Assembly: GCA_964016885.1 (NCBI GenBank)
Contig: OZ024740.1
Span: 409,200,001-409,264,000 of the forward strand
DNA: 64,000 nucleotides
Direction of reading: 5' to 3'
Origin: Eledone cirrhosa
Lineage: Eukaryota
Both the position numbers and the translations under genes were made by a program. Below, piece by piece: positions 21,074 to 36,000 of the stretch; the stretch's first letter is position 1; each line of letters starts with the position of its first letter. The notes below the pieces were generated by a model. The model was given only the letters and a program-made list of their open reading frames with translations, was not told where the DNA came from and searched no databases.

Positions 21074-24000
21074 CAATCTCATGCATGTGATATCAACACA
21101 ACTTTCGACATTTAGTTATCGATCTCATGCATGTGATACCAACACAACTTTCAACATTTAGTCATCAATCTCATGCATGTGATATCAACACAACTTTCGA
21201 CATTTAGTCATCGATGTCATGCATGTGATATGAGCACAACTTTCGACATTTAGTAATCAAACTCATGCATGTGATATCAACACAACTTTTGATATTTAGT
21301 CATCAATCTCATGCATGTGATATCAACAGAACTTTCGACATTTAGTCATCGATCTCATGCATATGATATCAACACAACATTCGACATTTAGTCACCGATC
21401 TCATGCATGTGATATGAGCACAACTTTCGACATTTAGTCATCGATCTCATGCATGTGATATCAACACAACTTTCGACATTTAGTCATCAATCTCATGCAT
21501 GTGATATGAGCACAACTTTCGATATTTAGTCATCAATCTCAGGCATGTGATATGAGCACAACTTTCGATATTTAGTCATCGATCTCAAGCATGTGATATC
21601 AACACAACTTTCGACATTTAGTCATCAATCTCATGCATGTGATATGAGGACAACTTTCGACATTTAGTCATCGAACTCATGCATATGATATCAACACAAC
21701 TTTCGACATTTAGTCATCAATCTCATGCATGTGATATGAGCATAACCTTCGATATTTAGTCATCAAACTCATGCATGTGATATCAACACAACGTTCGACA
21801 TTTAGTCATCAATCTCATGAATGTGATATGAGCACAAATTTCGACATTTAGTCATCGATCTCAGGCATGTAATATCAACACAACGTTCGACATTTAGTCA
21901 TCAATCTCATGCATGTGATATGAGCACAACTTTCGACATTTAGTCATCGATTTCATGCATGTGATATCAACACAACTTTCGACATTTAGTCATCAATCTC
22001 ATGAATGTGATATGAGCACAACTTTCGACATTTAGTCATCGATCACATGCATGTGATATCAACACAACTTTCGATATTTAGTCATCAAACTCATGCATGT
22101 GATATCAACAGAACTTTCGATATTTAGTCATCAATCTCATGCATGTGATATGAGCACAACTTTCGACATTTAGTCATCTATCTCATGCATGTGATATCAA
22201 CACAACTTTCGATATTTAGTCATCAAACTCATGCATGTGATATCAACAGAACTTTCGATATTTAGTCATCAATCTCATGCATGTGATATCAACACAACTT
22301 TCGACATTTAGTCATCCATCTCATGCATGTGATATCAACACAACTTTCGATATTTAGTCATCAATCTCATGCATGTGATATCAATACAACGTTCGACATT
22401 TAGTCATCAATCTCATGCATGTGATATGAGCACAACTTTCGACATTTAGTCATCGATCACATGCATGTGATATCAACACAACTTTCGATATTTTGTCATC
22501 AATCTCATGCATGTGATATGTGCACAACTTTCGATATTTAGTCATCAATCTCATGCATGTCATATGAGCACAACTTTCGACATTATGTCATCGATCACAT
22601 GCATGTGATATCAACATAACTTTCGATATTTTGTCATCAATCTCATGCATGTGATATGTGCACAACTTTCGACATTATGTCATCGATCTCATGAGTGTGA
22701 TATCAACACAACTTTCGACATATAGTCATCAATCTCATGCACGTGATATGAGCACAACTTTCGATATTTAGTCATCAAACTCATGCATGTGATATCAACA
22801 GAACTTTCGATATTTAGTCATCAATCTCATGCATGTGATATGAGCAGAACTTTCAACATTTAGTCATCGATCTCATGCATGTGATATCAACAGAACTTTC
22901 GTTATTTAGTCATCGATCTCATGCATGTGATATCAATACGACGTTCGACATTTAGTCATCAATCTCATGCATGTGATATCAACACAACTTTCGATATTTA
23001 GTCATCGATCTCATGCATGTGATATGAGCACAACTTTCGACATTTAGTCATCGATCTCATGCATGTGATATGACCACAACTTTCGATATTTAGTCATCAA
23101 TCTCATGCATGTGATATCAACACAACTTTCGACATTTAGTCATGGATCTCATGCATGTGATATCAACATAACCTTCGATATTTAGTCATCAATCTCATGC
23201 ATGTGATATCAATACAACTTTCGACATTTAGTCATCAAACTCATGCATGTGATATGAGCACAACTTTCGATATTTAGTCATCAATCTTATGCATGTGATA
23301 TCAACACAACTTTCGACATTTAGTCATCGATCTCCTGCATGTGATATCAACACAACTTTCAATATTTAGTCATCGATCTCCTGCATGTGATATCAACACA
23401 ACTTTCGATATTTAGTCATCGATCTGATGCATGTGATATGAGCATAACCTTCGATATTTAGTCATCAAACTCATGCATGTGATATCAACACAACGTTCGA
23501 CATTTAGTCATCAATCTCATGAATGTGATATGAGCACAACTTTCGACATTTAGTCATCGATCTCAGGCATGTAATATCAACACAACGTTCGACATTTAGT
23601 CATCAATCTCATGCATGTGATATGAGCACAACTTTCGACATTTAGTCATCGATTTCATGCATGTGATATCAACACAACTTTCGACATTTAGTCATCAATC
23701 TCATGAATGTGATATCAGCACAACTTTCGACATTTAGTCATCGATCACATGCATGTGGTATCAACACAACTTTCGATATTTAGTCATCAAACTCATGCAT
23801 GTGATATCAACAGAACTTTCGATATTTAGTCATCAATCTCATGCATGTGATATGAGCACAACTTTCGACATTTAGTCATCTATCTCATGCATGTGATATC
23901 AACACAACTTTCGATATTTAGTCATCAAACTCATGCATGTGATATCAACAGAACTTTCGATATTTAGTCATCAATCTCATGCATGTGATATCAACACAAC

Positions 24001-27000
24001 TTTCGACATTTAGTCATCCATCTCATGCATGTGATATCAACACAACTTTCGATATTTAGTCATCAATCTCATGAATGTGATATCAATACAACGTTCGACA
24101 TTTAGTCATCAATCTCATGCATGTGATATGAGCACAACTTTCGACATTATGTCATTGATCACATGCATGTGATATCAACATAACTTTCGATATTTTGTCA
24201 TCAATCTCATGCATGTGATATGTGCACAACTTTCGATATTTAGTCATCAATCTCATGCATGTCATATGAGCACAACTTTCGACATTATGTCATCGATCTC
24301 ATGAGTGTGATATCAACACAACTTTCGACATATAGTCATCAATCTCATGCACGTGATATGAGCACAACTTTCGATATTTAGTCATGAAACTCATGCATGT
24401 GATATCAACAGAACTTTCGATATTTAGTCATCAATCTCATGCATGTGATATGAGCAGAACTTTCAACATTTAGTCATCGATCTCATGCATGTGATATCAA
24501 CAGAACTTTCGATATTTAGTCATCGATCTCATGCATGTGATATCAATACGACGTTCGACATTTAGTCATCAATCTCATGCATGTGATATCAACACAACTT
24601 TCGATATTTAGTCATCGATCTCATGCATGTGATATGAGCACAACGTTCGACATTTAGTCATCGATCTCATGCATGTGATATGACCACAACTTTCGATATT
24701 TAGTCATCAATCTCATGCATGTGATATCAACACAACTTTCGACATTTAGTCATGGATCTCATGCATGTGATATCAACATAACCTTCGATATTTAGTCATC
24801 AATCTCATGCATGTGATATCAATACAACTTTCGACATTTAGTCATCAAACTCATGCATGTGATATGAGCACAACTTTCGATATTTAGTCATCAATCTTAT
24901 GCATGTGATATCAACACAACTTTCGACATTTAGTCATCGATCTCCTGCATGTGATATCAACACAACTTTCGATATTTAGTCATCGATCTGATGCATGTGA
25001 TATGAGCACAACTTTCGACATTTAGTCATCGATCTCATGCATGTGATATGAGCACAACCTTCGACATTTAGTCATCAATCTCATGCATGTAATATCAACA
25101 CAACTTTCGATATTTAGTCAACAATCTCATGCATGTGATATGAGCACAACTTTCGACATTTAGTCATCGATATTATGCATGTGATATGATCAGAACTTTC
25201 GATATTTAGTCATCAATCTCATGCATGTGATATCAACACAACTTTCGATATTTAGTCATCAATCTCATGCATGTGATATCAACAGAACCTTCGATATTTA
25301 GTCATCAATGTCATGCATGTGATATCAACAGAACCTTCGACATTTAGTCATCGATCTCATGCATGTGATATGAGCACAACTTTTGACATTAAGTCATCGA
25401 TCTCATGCATGTGATATCAACACAACCTTCGACATGTAGTCATCAATCTCATGCATGTGATATGAGCACAACCTTCGATATATAGTCATCAAACTCATGC
25501 ATGTGATATCAACAGAACTTTCGATATTTAGTCATCAATCTCATGCATGTGATATGAGCACAACCTTCGATATTTAGTGATCAATTTCATGCATGTGATA
25601 TCAACACAACTTTCGACATTTAGTCATCGATCTCATGCATGTGATATCAACAGAACCTTCGATATTTAGTCATCAATCTCATGCATGTGATATCAACAGA
25701 ACCTTCGACATTTAGTCATCGATCTCATGCATGTGATATGAGCACAACTTTCGACATTAAGTCATCGAACTCATGCATGTGATATCAACACAACTTTCGA
25801 CATTTAGTCATCAATCTCATGCATGTGATATGAGCACAACTTTCGACATTTAGTCATCGATAAATTGCATGTGATATCAACACAACTTTCGATATTTAGT
25901 CATCAATCCCATGCATGTCATAACAATACAACGTTCGACATTTAGTCATCAATCTCATGCACGTGATATCAACAAAACTTTCCATATTTAGTCATCGATT
26001 TCATGCATGTGATATGACCACAACTTTCGACATTTAGTCATCAATCAGATGCATGTGATATGAGCACAGCCTTTGATATTTAGTCATCAAACTCATGCAT
26101 GTGATATCAACAGAACTATCGATATTTAGTCATCAATCTCATGCATGTGATATGAGCACAACTTTCGACATTTAGTCATCGATCTCATGCATGTGATATC
26201 AACACAACTTTCGATATTTAGTCATCAAACTCATGCAAGTGATATCAACAGAACTTTTGATATTTAGTCATCAATCTCATGCATGTGATATCAACACAAC
26301 TTTCGACATTTAGTCATCAATCTCATGCATGTTATATCAACACAACTTTCGATATTTAGTCATCAATCTCATGCATGTGATATCAACACAACTTTCGACA
26401 TTTAGTCATCAATCTCATGCATGTTATATCAACACAACTTTCGATATTTAGTCATCAATCTCATGCATGTGATATCAATACAACGTTCGACATTTAATCA
26501 TCAATCTCATGCATGTGATATGAGCACAAATTTCGACATTTAGTCATCGATCACATGCATGTGATATCAACACAACTTTCGATATTTACTCATCAATCTC
26601 ATGCATGTGATAACAACATAACCTTCGATATTTTGTCATCAATCTCATGCATGTGATATGTGCACAACTTTTGATATTTAGTCATCAATCTCATGCATGT
26701 TATATGAGCACAACTTTCGCCATTATGTCATCGATCTCATGCATGTGATATCAACACAACTTTCGACATATAGTCATCAATCTCATGCATGTGATATGAG
26801 CACAACTTTCGATATTTAGTCATCAAACTCATGCATGTGATATCAACAGAACTTTCGATATTTAGTCATCAATCTCATGCATGTGATATGAGCACAACTT
26901 TCAACATTTAGTCATCGATCTCCTGCATGTGATATCAACACAACTTTCAATATTTAGTCATCGATCTCCTGCATGTGATATCAACACAACTTTCGATATT

Positions 27001-30000
27001 TAGTCATCGATCTCATGCATGTGATATGAGCACAACTTTCGACATTTAGTCATCGATCTCATGCATGTGATATGAGCACAACCATCGACATTTAGTCATC
27101 AATCTCATGCATGTAATATCAACACAACTTTCGATATTTAGTCAACAATCTCATGCATGTGATATGAGCACAACTTTCGACATTTAGTCATCGATATTAT
27201 GCATGTGATATGATCAGAACCTTCGAGATTTAGTCATCAATCTCATGCATGTGATATCAACACAACCTTCGATATTTAGTCATCAATCTCATGCATGTGA
27301 TATCAACAGAACCTTCGATATTTAGTCATCAATCTCATGCATGTGATATCAACAGAACCTTCGACATTTAGTCATCGATCTCATGCATGTGATATGAGCA
27401 CAACTTTCGACATTAAGTAATCGATCTCCTGCATGTGATATCAACACAAGGTTCGACATGTAGTCATCAATCTCATGCTTGTGATATGAGCACAACATTC
27501 GATATATAGTCATCAAACTCATGCATGTGATATCAACAGAACTTTCGATATTTAGTCATCAATCTCATGCATGTGATATCAACACAACTTTCGACATTTA
27601 GTCATCCATCTCATGCATGTGATATCAACACAACTTTCGATATTTAGTCATCAATCTCATGCATGTGATATCAATACAACGTTCGACATTTAGTCATCAA
27701 TCTCATGAATGTGATATGAGCACAACTTTCGACATTATATCATCGATCACATGCATGTGATATCAACATAACTTTCGATATTTTGTCATCAATCTCATGC
27801 ATGTGATATGTGCACAGCTTTCGATATTTAGTCATCAATCTCATGCATGTCATATGAGCACAACTTTCGACATTATGTCATCGATCTCATGAGTGTGATA
27901 TCAACACAACTTTCGACATATAGTCATCAATCTCATGCACGTGATATGAGCACAACTTTCGATATTTAGTCATAAATCTCATGCATGTGATATGAGCAGA
28001 ACTTTCAACATTTAGTCATCGATCTCATGCATGTGATATGAGCACAACTTTCGACATTTAGTCATCGATCTCATGCATGTGATATGACCACAACTTTCGA
28101 TATTTAGTCATCAATCTCATGCATGTGATATCAACACAACTTTCGACATTTAGTCATGGATCTCATGCATGTGATATCAACATAACCTTCGATATTTAGT
28201 CATCAATCTCATGCATGTGATATCAATACAACTTTCGACATTTAGTCATCAAACTCATGCATGTGATATGAGCACAACTTTCGATATTTAGTCATCAATC
28301 TTATGCATGTGATATCAACACAACTTTCGACATTTAGTCATCGATCTCCTGCATGTGATATCAACATAACCTTCGATATTTAGTCATCAATCTCATGCAT
28401 GTGATATCAATACAACTTTCGACATTTAGTCATCAAACTCATGCATGTGATATGAGCACAACTTTCGACATTTAGTCATCGATATTATGCATTTGATATG
28501 ATCAGAACTTTCGAGATTTAGTCATCAATCTCATGCATGTGATATCAACACAACTTTCGATATTTAGTCATCAATCTCATGCATGTGATATCAACAGAAC
28601 CTTCGATATTTAGTCATCAATGTCATGCATGTGATATCAACAGAACCTTCGACATTTAGTCATCGATCTCATGCATGTGATATGAGCACAACTTTTGACA
28701 TTAAGTCATCGAAATCATGCATGTGATATCAACACAACTTTCGACATTTAGTCATCAATCTCAAGCATGTGATATGAGCATAACCTTCGATATTTAGTCA
28801 TCAAACTCATGCATGTGATATCAACAGAACTTTCGATATTTAGTCATCAATCTCATGCATGTGATATGAGCACAACTTTCGACATTTAGTCATCGATAAA
28901 TTGCATGTGATATCAACACAACTTTCGATATTTAGTCATCAATCCCATGCATGTGATAACAATACAACGTTCGACATTTAGTCATCGATCTCATGCACGT
29001 GATATCAACAAAACCTTCCATATTTAGTCATCGATCTCATGCATGTGATATGGCCACAACTTTCGACATTTAGTCATCAATCTCATGCACGTGATATGAG
29101 CACAGCCTTTGATATTTAGTCATCAAACTCATGCATGTGATATCAACAGAACTATCGATATTTAGTCATCAATCTCATGCATGTGATATGAGCACAACTT
29201 TCGACATTTAGTCATCGATCTCATGCATGTGATATCAACACAACTTTCGATATTTAGTCATCAAACTCATGCAAGTGATATCAACAGAACTTTTGATATT
29301 TAGTCATCAATCTCATGCATGTGATATCAACACAACTTTCGACATTTAGTCATCAATCTCATGCATGTTATATCAACACAACTTTCGATATTTAGTCATC
29401 AATCTCATGCATGTGATATCAATACAACGTTCGACATTTAATCATCAATCTCATGCATGTGATATGAGCACAACTTTCGACATTTAGTCATCGATCACAT
29501 GCATGTGATATCAACACAACTTTCGATATTTACTCATCAATCTCATGCATGTGATAACAACATAACCTTCGATATTTTGTCATCAATCTCATGCATGTGA
29601 TATGTGCACAACTTTTGATATTTAGTCATCAATCTCATGCATGTTATATGAGCACAACTTTCGCCATTATGTCATCGATCTCATGCATGTGATATCAACA
29701 CAACTTTCGACATATAGTCATCAATCTCATGCATGTGATATGAGCACAACTTTCGATATTTAGTCATCAAACACATCCATGTGATATCAACAGAACTTTC
29801 GATATTTAGTCATCAATCTCATGCATGTGATATGAGCACAACTTTCAACATTTAGTCATCGATCTCCTGCATGTGATATCAACACAACTTTCAATATTTA
29901 GTCATCGATCTCCTGCATGTGATATCAACACAACTTTCGATATTTAGTCATCGATCTCATGCATGTGATATGAGCACAACCATCGACATTTAGTCATCAA

Positions 30001-33000
30001 TCTCATGCATGTAATATCAACACAACTTTCGATATTTAGTCAACAATCTCATGCATGTGATATGAGCACAACTTTCGACATTTAGTCATCGATATTATGC
30101 ATGTGATATGATCAGAACTTTCGAGATTTAGTCATCAATCTCATGCATGTGATATCAACACAACCTTCGATATTTAGTCATCAATCTCATGCATGTGATA
30201 TCAACAGAACCTTCGATATTTAGTCATCAATCTCATGCATGTGATATCAACAGAACCTTCGACATTTAGTCATCGATCTCATGCATGTGATATGAGCACA
30301 ACTTTCGACATTAAGTCATCGATCTCATGCATGTGATATCAACACAAGGTTCGACATGTAGTCATCAATCTCATGCTTGTGATATGAGCACAACATTCGA
30401 TATATAGTCATCAAACTCATGCATGTGATATCAACACAACTTTCGACATTTAGTCATCAATCTCATGCATGTTATATCAACACAACTTTCGATATTTAGT
30501 CATCAATCTCATGCATGTGATATCAATACAACGTTCGACATTTATTCATCAATCTCATGCATGTGATATGAGCACAACTTTCGACATTTAGTCATCGATC
30601 ACATGCATGTGATATCAACACAACTTTCGATATTTACTCATCAATCTCATGCATGTGATATCAACATAACCTTCGATATTTTGTCATCAATCTCATGCAT
30701 GTGATATGTGCACAACTTTCGATATTTAGTCATCAATCTCATGCATGTGATATGAGCACAACTTTCGACATTATGTCATCGATCTCATGCATGTGATATC
30801 AACACAACTTTCGACATATAGTCATCAATCTCATGCATGTGATATGAGCACAACTTTCGATATTTAGTCATCAAATTCATGCATGTGATATCAACAGAAC
30901 TTTCGATATTTAGTCATCAATCTCTTGCATGTGATATGAGCACAACTTTCAACATTTAGTCATCGATCTCATGCATGTGATATCAACACAACTTTCGATA
31001 TTTAGTCATCGATCTCATGCATGTGATATCAATACAACGTTCGACATTTAGTCATCAATCTCATGAATGTGATATCAACACAACTTTCGATATTTAGTCA
31101 TCAATCTCATGCATGTGATATGAGCACAACTTTCGATATTTAGTCATCAATCTCATGCATGTGATATCAACACAACTTTCGATATTTAGTCATCAATCTC
31201 ATGCATGTGATATCAATACAACGTTCGACATTTAGTCATCGATCACATGCATGTGATATCAACACAACTTTCGATATTTAGTCATCAATCTTATGCATGT
31301 GATATCAATACAACGTTCGACATTTAGTCATCAATCTCATGCATGTGATATCAACACAACTTTCGATATTTAGTCATCGATCTCATGCATGTGATATGAA
31401 CACAACTTTCGACATTTAGTCATCGATCTCAGGCATGTGATATGAGCACAACTTTCGACATTTAGTCATGGATCTCATGCATGTGATATCAACATAACCT
31501 TCGATATTTAGTCATCAATCTCATGCATGTGATATCAATACAACTTTCGACATTTAGTCATCAAACTCATGCATGTGATATGAGCACAACTTTCGATATT
31601 TAGTCATCAATCTTATACATGTGATATCAACACAACATTCCACATTTAGTCATCGATCTCATGCATGTGATATGAGCACAACCTTCGACATTTAGTCATC
31701 AATCTCATGCATGTAATATCAACACAACTTTCGATATTTAGTCAACAATCTCATGCATGTGATATGAGCACAACTTTCGACATATAGTCATCGATCTTAT
31801 GCATGTGATATGATCAGAACTTTCGAGATTTAGTCATCAATCTCATGCATGTGATATCAACACAACTTTCGATATTTAGTCATCAATCGCATGCATGTGA
31901 TATCAACAGTACTTTCGATATTTAGTCAACAATCTCATGCATGTGATATGAGCACAACATTCGACATTTAATCATCAATCTCATGCATGTAATATCAACA
32001 CAACCTTCTATATTTAATCCTCAATCTCATGCATGTGATATCAACACAACCTTCGATATTTAGTCATCAATCTCATGCATGTGATATGAGCACAACTTTC
32101 GACATTTAGTCATCGATCTCATGCATGTGATATGAGCACAACATTCGATATTTAGTCATCAAACTCATGCATGTGATATGAGCACAACTTTCGACATTTA
32201 GTCAACGATCTCATGCATGTGATATCTACACAACTTTCGATATTTAGTCATCAATCTCATGCATGTGATATGAGCATAACTTTCGACATTTAGTCATCGA
32301 TCACACGCATGTGATATCAACACAACTTTCGATATTTAGTCATCAATCTCATGCATGTGATATCAATACAACGTTCGACATTTAGTCATCAATCTCATGC
32401 ATGTGATATCAACACAACTTTCGATATTTAGTCATCGATCTCATGCATGTGATATGACCACAACTTTCGACATTTAGTCATCGATCTCATGCATGTGATA
32501 TGAGTACAACTTTCGACATTTAGTCATGGATCTCATGCATGTGATATCAACATAACCTTCGATATTTAGTCATCAATCTCATGCATGTGATATCAATACA
32601 ACTTTCGACATTTAGTCATCAAACTCATGCATGTGATATGAGCACAACTTTCGATATTTAGTCATCAATCTTATGCATGTGATATCAACATAACTTTCGA
32701 CATTTAGTCATCGATCTCCTGCATGTGATATCAACACAACTTTCGATATTTAGTCATCGATCTCATGCATGTGATATGAGCACAACTTTCGATATTTAGT
32801 CATCGATCTCATGCATGTGATATGAGCACAACTTTCGACATTTAGTCATCGATCTTAAGAATGTGATATGATCAGAACTTTCGAGATTTAGTCATCAATC
32901 TCATGCATGTGATATCAACACAACTTTCGATATTTAGTCATCAATCTCATGCATTTTATATGAGCACACCTTTCGACATTTAGTCATCGATCACATGCAT

Positions 33001-36000
33001 GTGATATCAACACAACTTTCGATATTTTGTCATCAATCTCATGCATGTGATATGTGCACAACTTTCGATATTTAGTCATCAATCTTATGCATGTCATATG
33101 AGCACAACTTTCGACATTATGTCATCGATCTCATGCATGTGATATCAACACAACTTTCAATATTTAGTCATCGATCTCATGCATGTGATATCAATACAAC
33201 GTTCGACATTTAGTCATCAATCTCATGTATGTGATATCAACACAACTTTCGATATTTAGTCATCGATCTCATGCATGTGATATGATCACAACATTCGACA
33301 TTTAGTCATCAATCTCATGCATGTGATATGAGCACAACTTTCGACATTTAGTCATCGATAAATTGCATGTGATATCAACACAACTTTCGATATTTAGTCA
33401 TCAATCCCATGCATGTGATAACAATACAACGTTCGACATTTAGTCATCGATCTCATGCACGTGATATCAACAAAACCTTCCATATTTAGTCATCGATCTC
33501 ATGCATGTGATATGGCCACAACTTTCGACATTTAGTCATCAATCTCATGCACGTGATATGAGCACAGCCTTTGATATTTAGTCATCAAACTCATGCATGT
33601 GATATCAACAGAACTATCGATATTTAGTCATCAATCTCATGCATGTGATATGAGCACAACTTTCGACATTTAGTCATCGATCTCATGCATGTGATATCAA
33701 CACAACTTTCGATATTTAGTCATCAAACTCATGCAAGTGATATCAACAGAACTTTTGATATTTAGTCATCAATCTCATGCATGTGATATCAACACAACTT
33801 TCGACATTTAGTCATCAATCTCATGCATGTTATATCAACACAACTTTCGATATTTAGTCATCAATCTCATGCATGTGATATCAATACAACGTTCGACATT
33901 TAATCATCAATCTCATGCATGTGATATGAGCACAACTTTCGACATTTAGTCATCGATCACATGCATGTGATATCAACACAACTTTCGATATTTACTCATC
34001 AATCTCATGCATGTGATAACAACATAACCTTCGATATTTTGTCATCAATCTCATGCATGTGATATGTGCACAACTTTTGATATTTAGTCATCAATCTCAT
34101 GCATGTTATATGAGCACAACTTTCGCCATTATGTCATCGATCTCATGCATGTGATATCAACACAACTTTCGACATATAGTCATCAATCTCATGCATGTGA
34201 TATGAGCACAACTTTCGATATTTAGTCATCAAACACATCCATGTGATATCAACAGAACTTTCGATATTTAGTCATCAATCTCATGCATGTGATATGAGCA
34301 CAACTTTCAACATTTAGTCATCGATCTCCTGCATGTGATATCAACACAACTTTCAATATTTAGTCATCGATCTCCTGCATGTGATATCAACACAACTTTC
34401 GATATTTAGTCATCGATCTCATGCATGTGATATGAGCACAACTTTCGACATTTAGTCATCGATCTCATGCATGTGATATGAGCACAACCATCGACATTTA
34501 GTCATCAATCTCATGCATGTAATATCAACACAACTTTCGATATTTAGTCAACAATCTCATGCATGTGATATGAGCACAACTTTCGACATTTAGTCATCGA
34601 TATTATGCATGTGATATGATCAGAACTTTCGAGATTTAGTCATCAATCTCATGCATGTGATATCAACACAACCTTCGATATTTAGTCATCAATCTCATGC
34701 ATGTGATATCAACAGAACCTTCGATATTTAGTCATCAATCTCATGCATGTGATATCAACAGAACCTTCGACATTTAGTCATCGATCTCATGCATGTGATA
34801 TGAGCACAACTTTCGACATTAAGTCATCGATCTCATGCATGTGATATCAACACAAGGTTCGACATGTAGTCATCAATCTCATGCTTGTGATATGAGCACA
34901 ACATTCGATATATAGTCATCAAACTCATGCATGTGATATCAACACAACTTTCGACATTTAGTCATCAATCTCATGCATGTTATATCAACACAACTTTCGA
35001 TATTTAGTCATCAATCTCATGCATGTGATATCAATACAACGTTCGACATTTATTCATCAATCTCATGCATGTGATATGAGCACAACTTTCGACATTTAGT
35101 CATCGATCACATGCATGTGATATCAACACAACTTTCGATATTTACTCATCAATCTCATGCATGTGATATCAACATAACCTTCGATATTTTGTCATCAATC
35201 TCATGCATGTGATATGTGCACAACTTTCGATATTTAGTCATCAATCTCATGCATGTGATATGAGCACAACTTTCGACATTATGTCATCGATCTCATGCAT
35301 GTGATATCAACACAACTTTCGACATATAGTCATCAATCTCATGCATGTGATATGAGCACAACTTTCGATATTTAGTCATCAAATTCATGCATGTGATATC
35401 AACAGAACTTTCGATATTTAGTCATCAATCTCTTGCATGTGATATGAGCACAACTTTCAACATTTAGTCATCGATCTCATGCATGTGATATCAACACAAC
35501 TTTCGATATTTAGTCATCGATCTCATGCATGTGATATCAATACAACGTTCGACATTTAGTCATCAATCTCATGAATGTGATATCAACACAACTTTCGATA
35601 TTTAGTCATCAATCTCATGCATGTGATATGAGCACAACTTTCGATATTTAGTCATCAATCTCATGCATGTGATATCAACACAACTTTCGATATTTAGTCA
35701 TCAATCTCATGCATGTGATATCAATACAACGTTCGACATTTAGTCATCGATCACATGCATGTGATATCAACACAACTTTCGATATTTAGTCATCAATCTT
35801 ATGCATGTGATATCAATACAACGTTCGACATTTAGTCATCAATCTCATGCATGTGATATCAACACAACTTTCGATATTTAGTCATCGATCTCATGCATGT
35901 GATATGAACACAACTTTCGACATTTAGTCATCGATCTCAGGCATGTGATATGAGCACAACTTTCGACATTTAGTCATGGATCTCATGCATGTGATATCAA

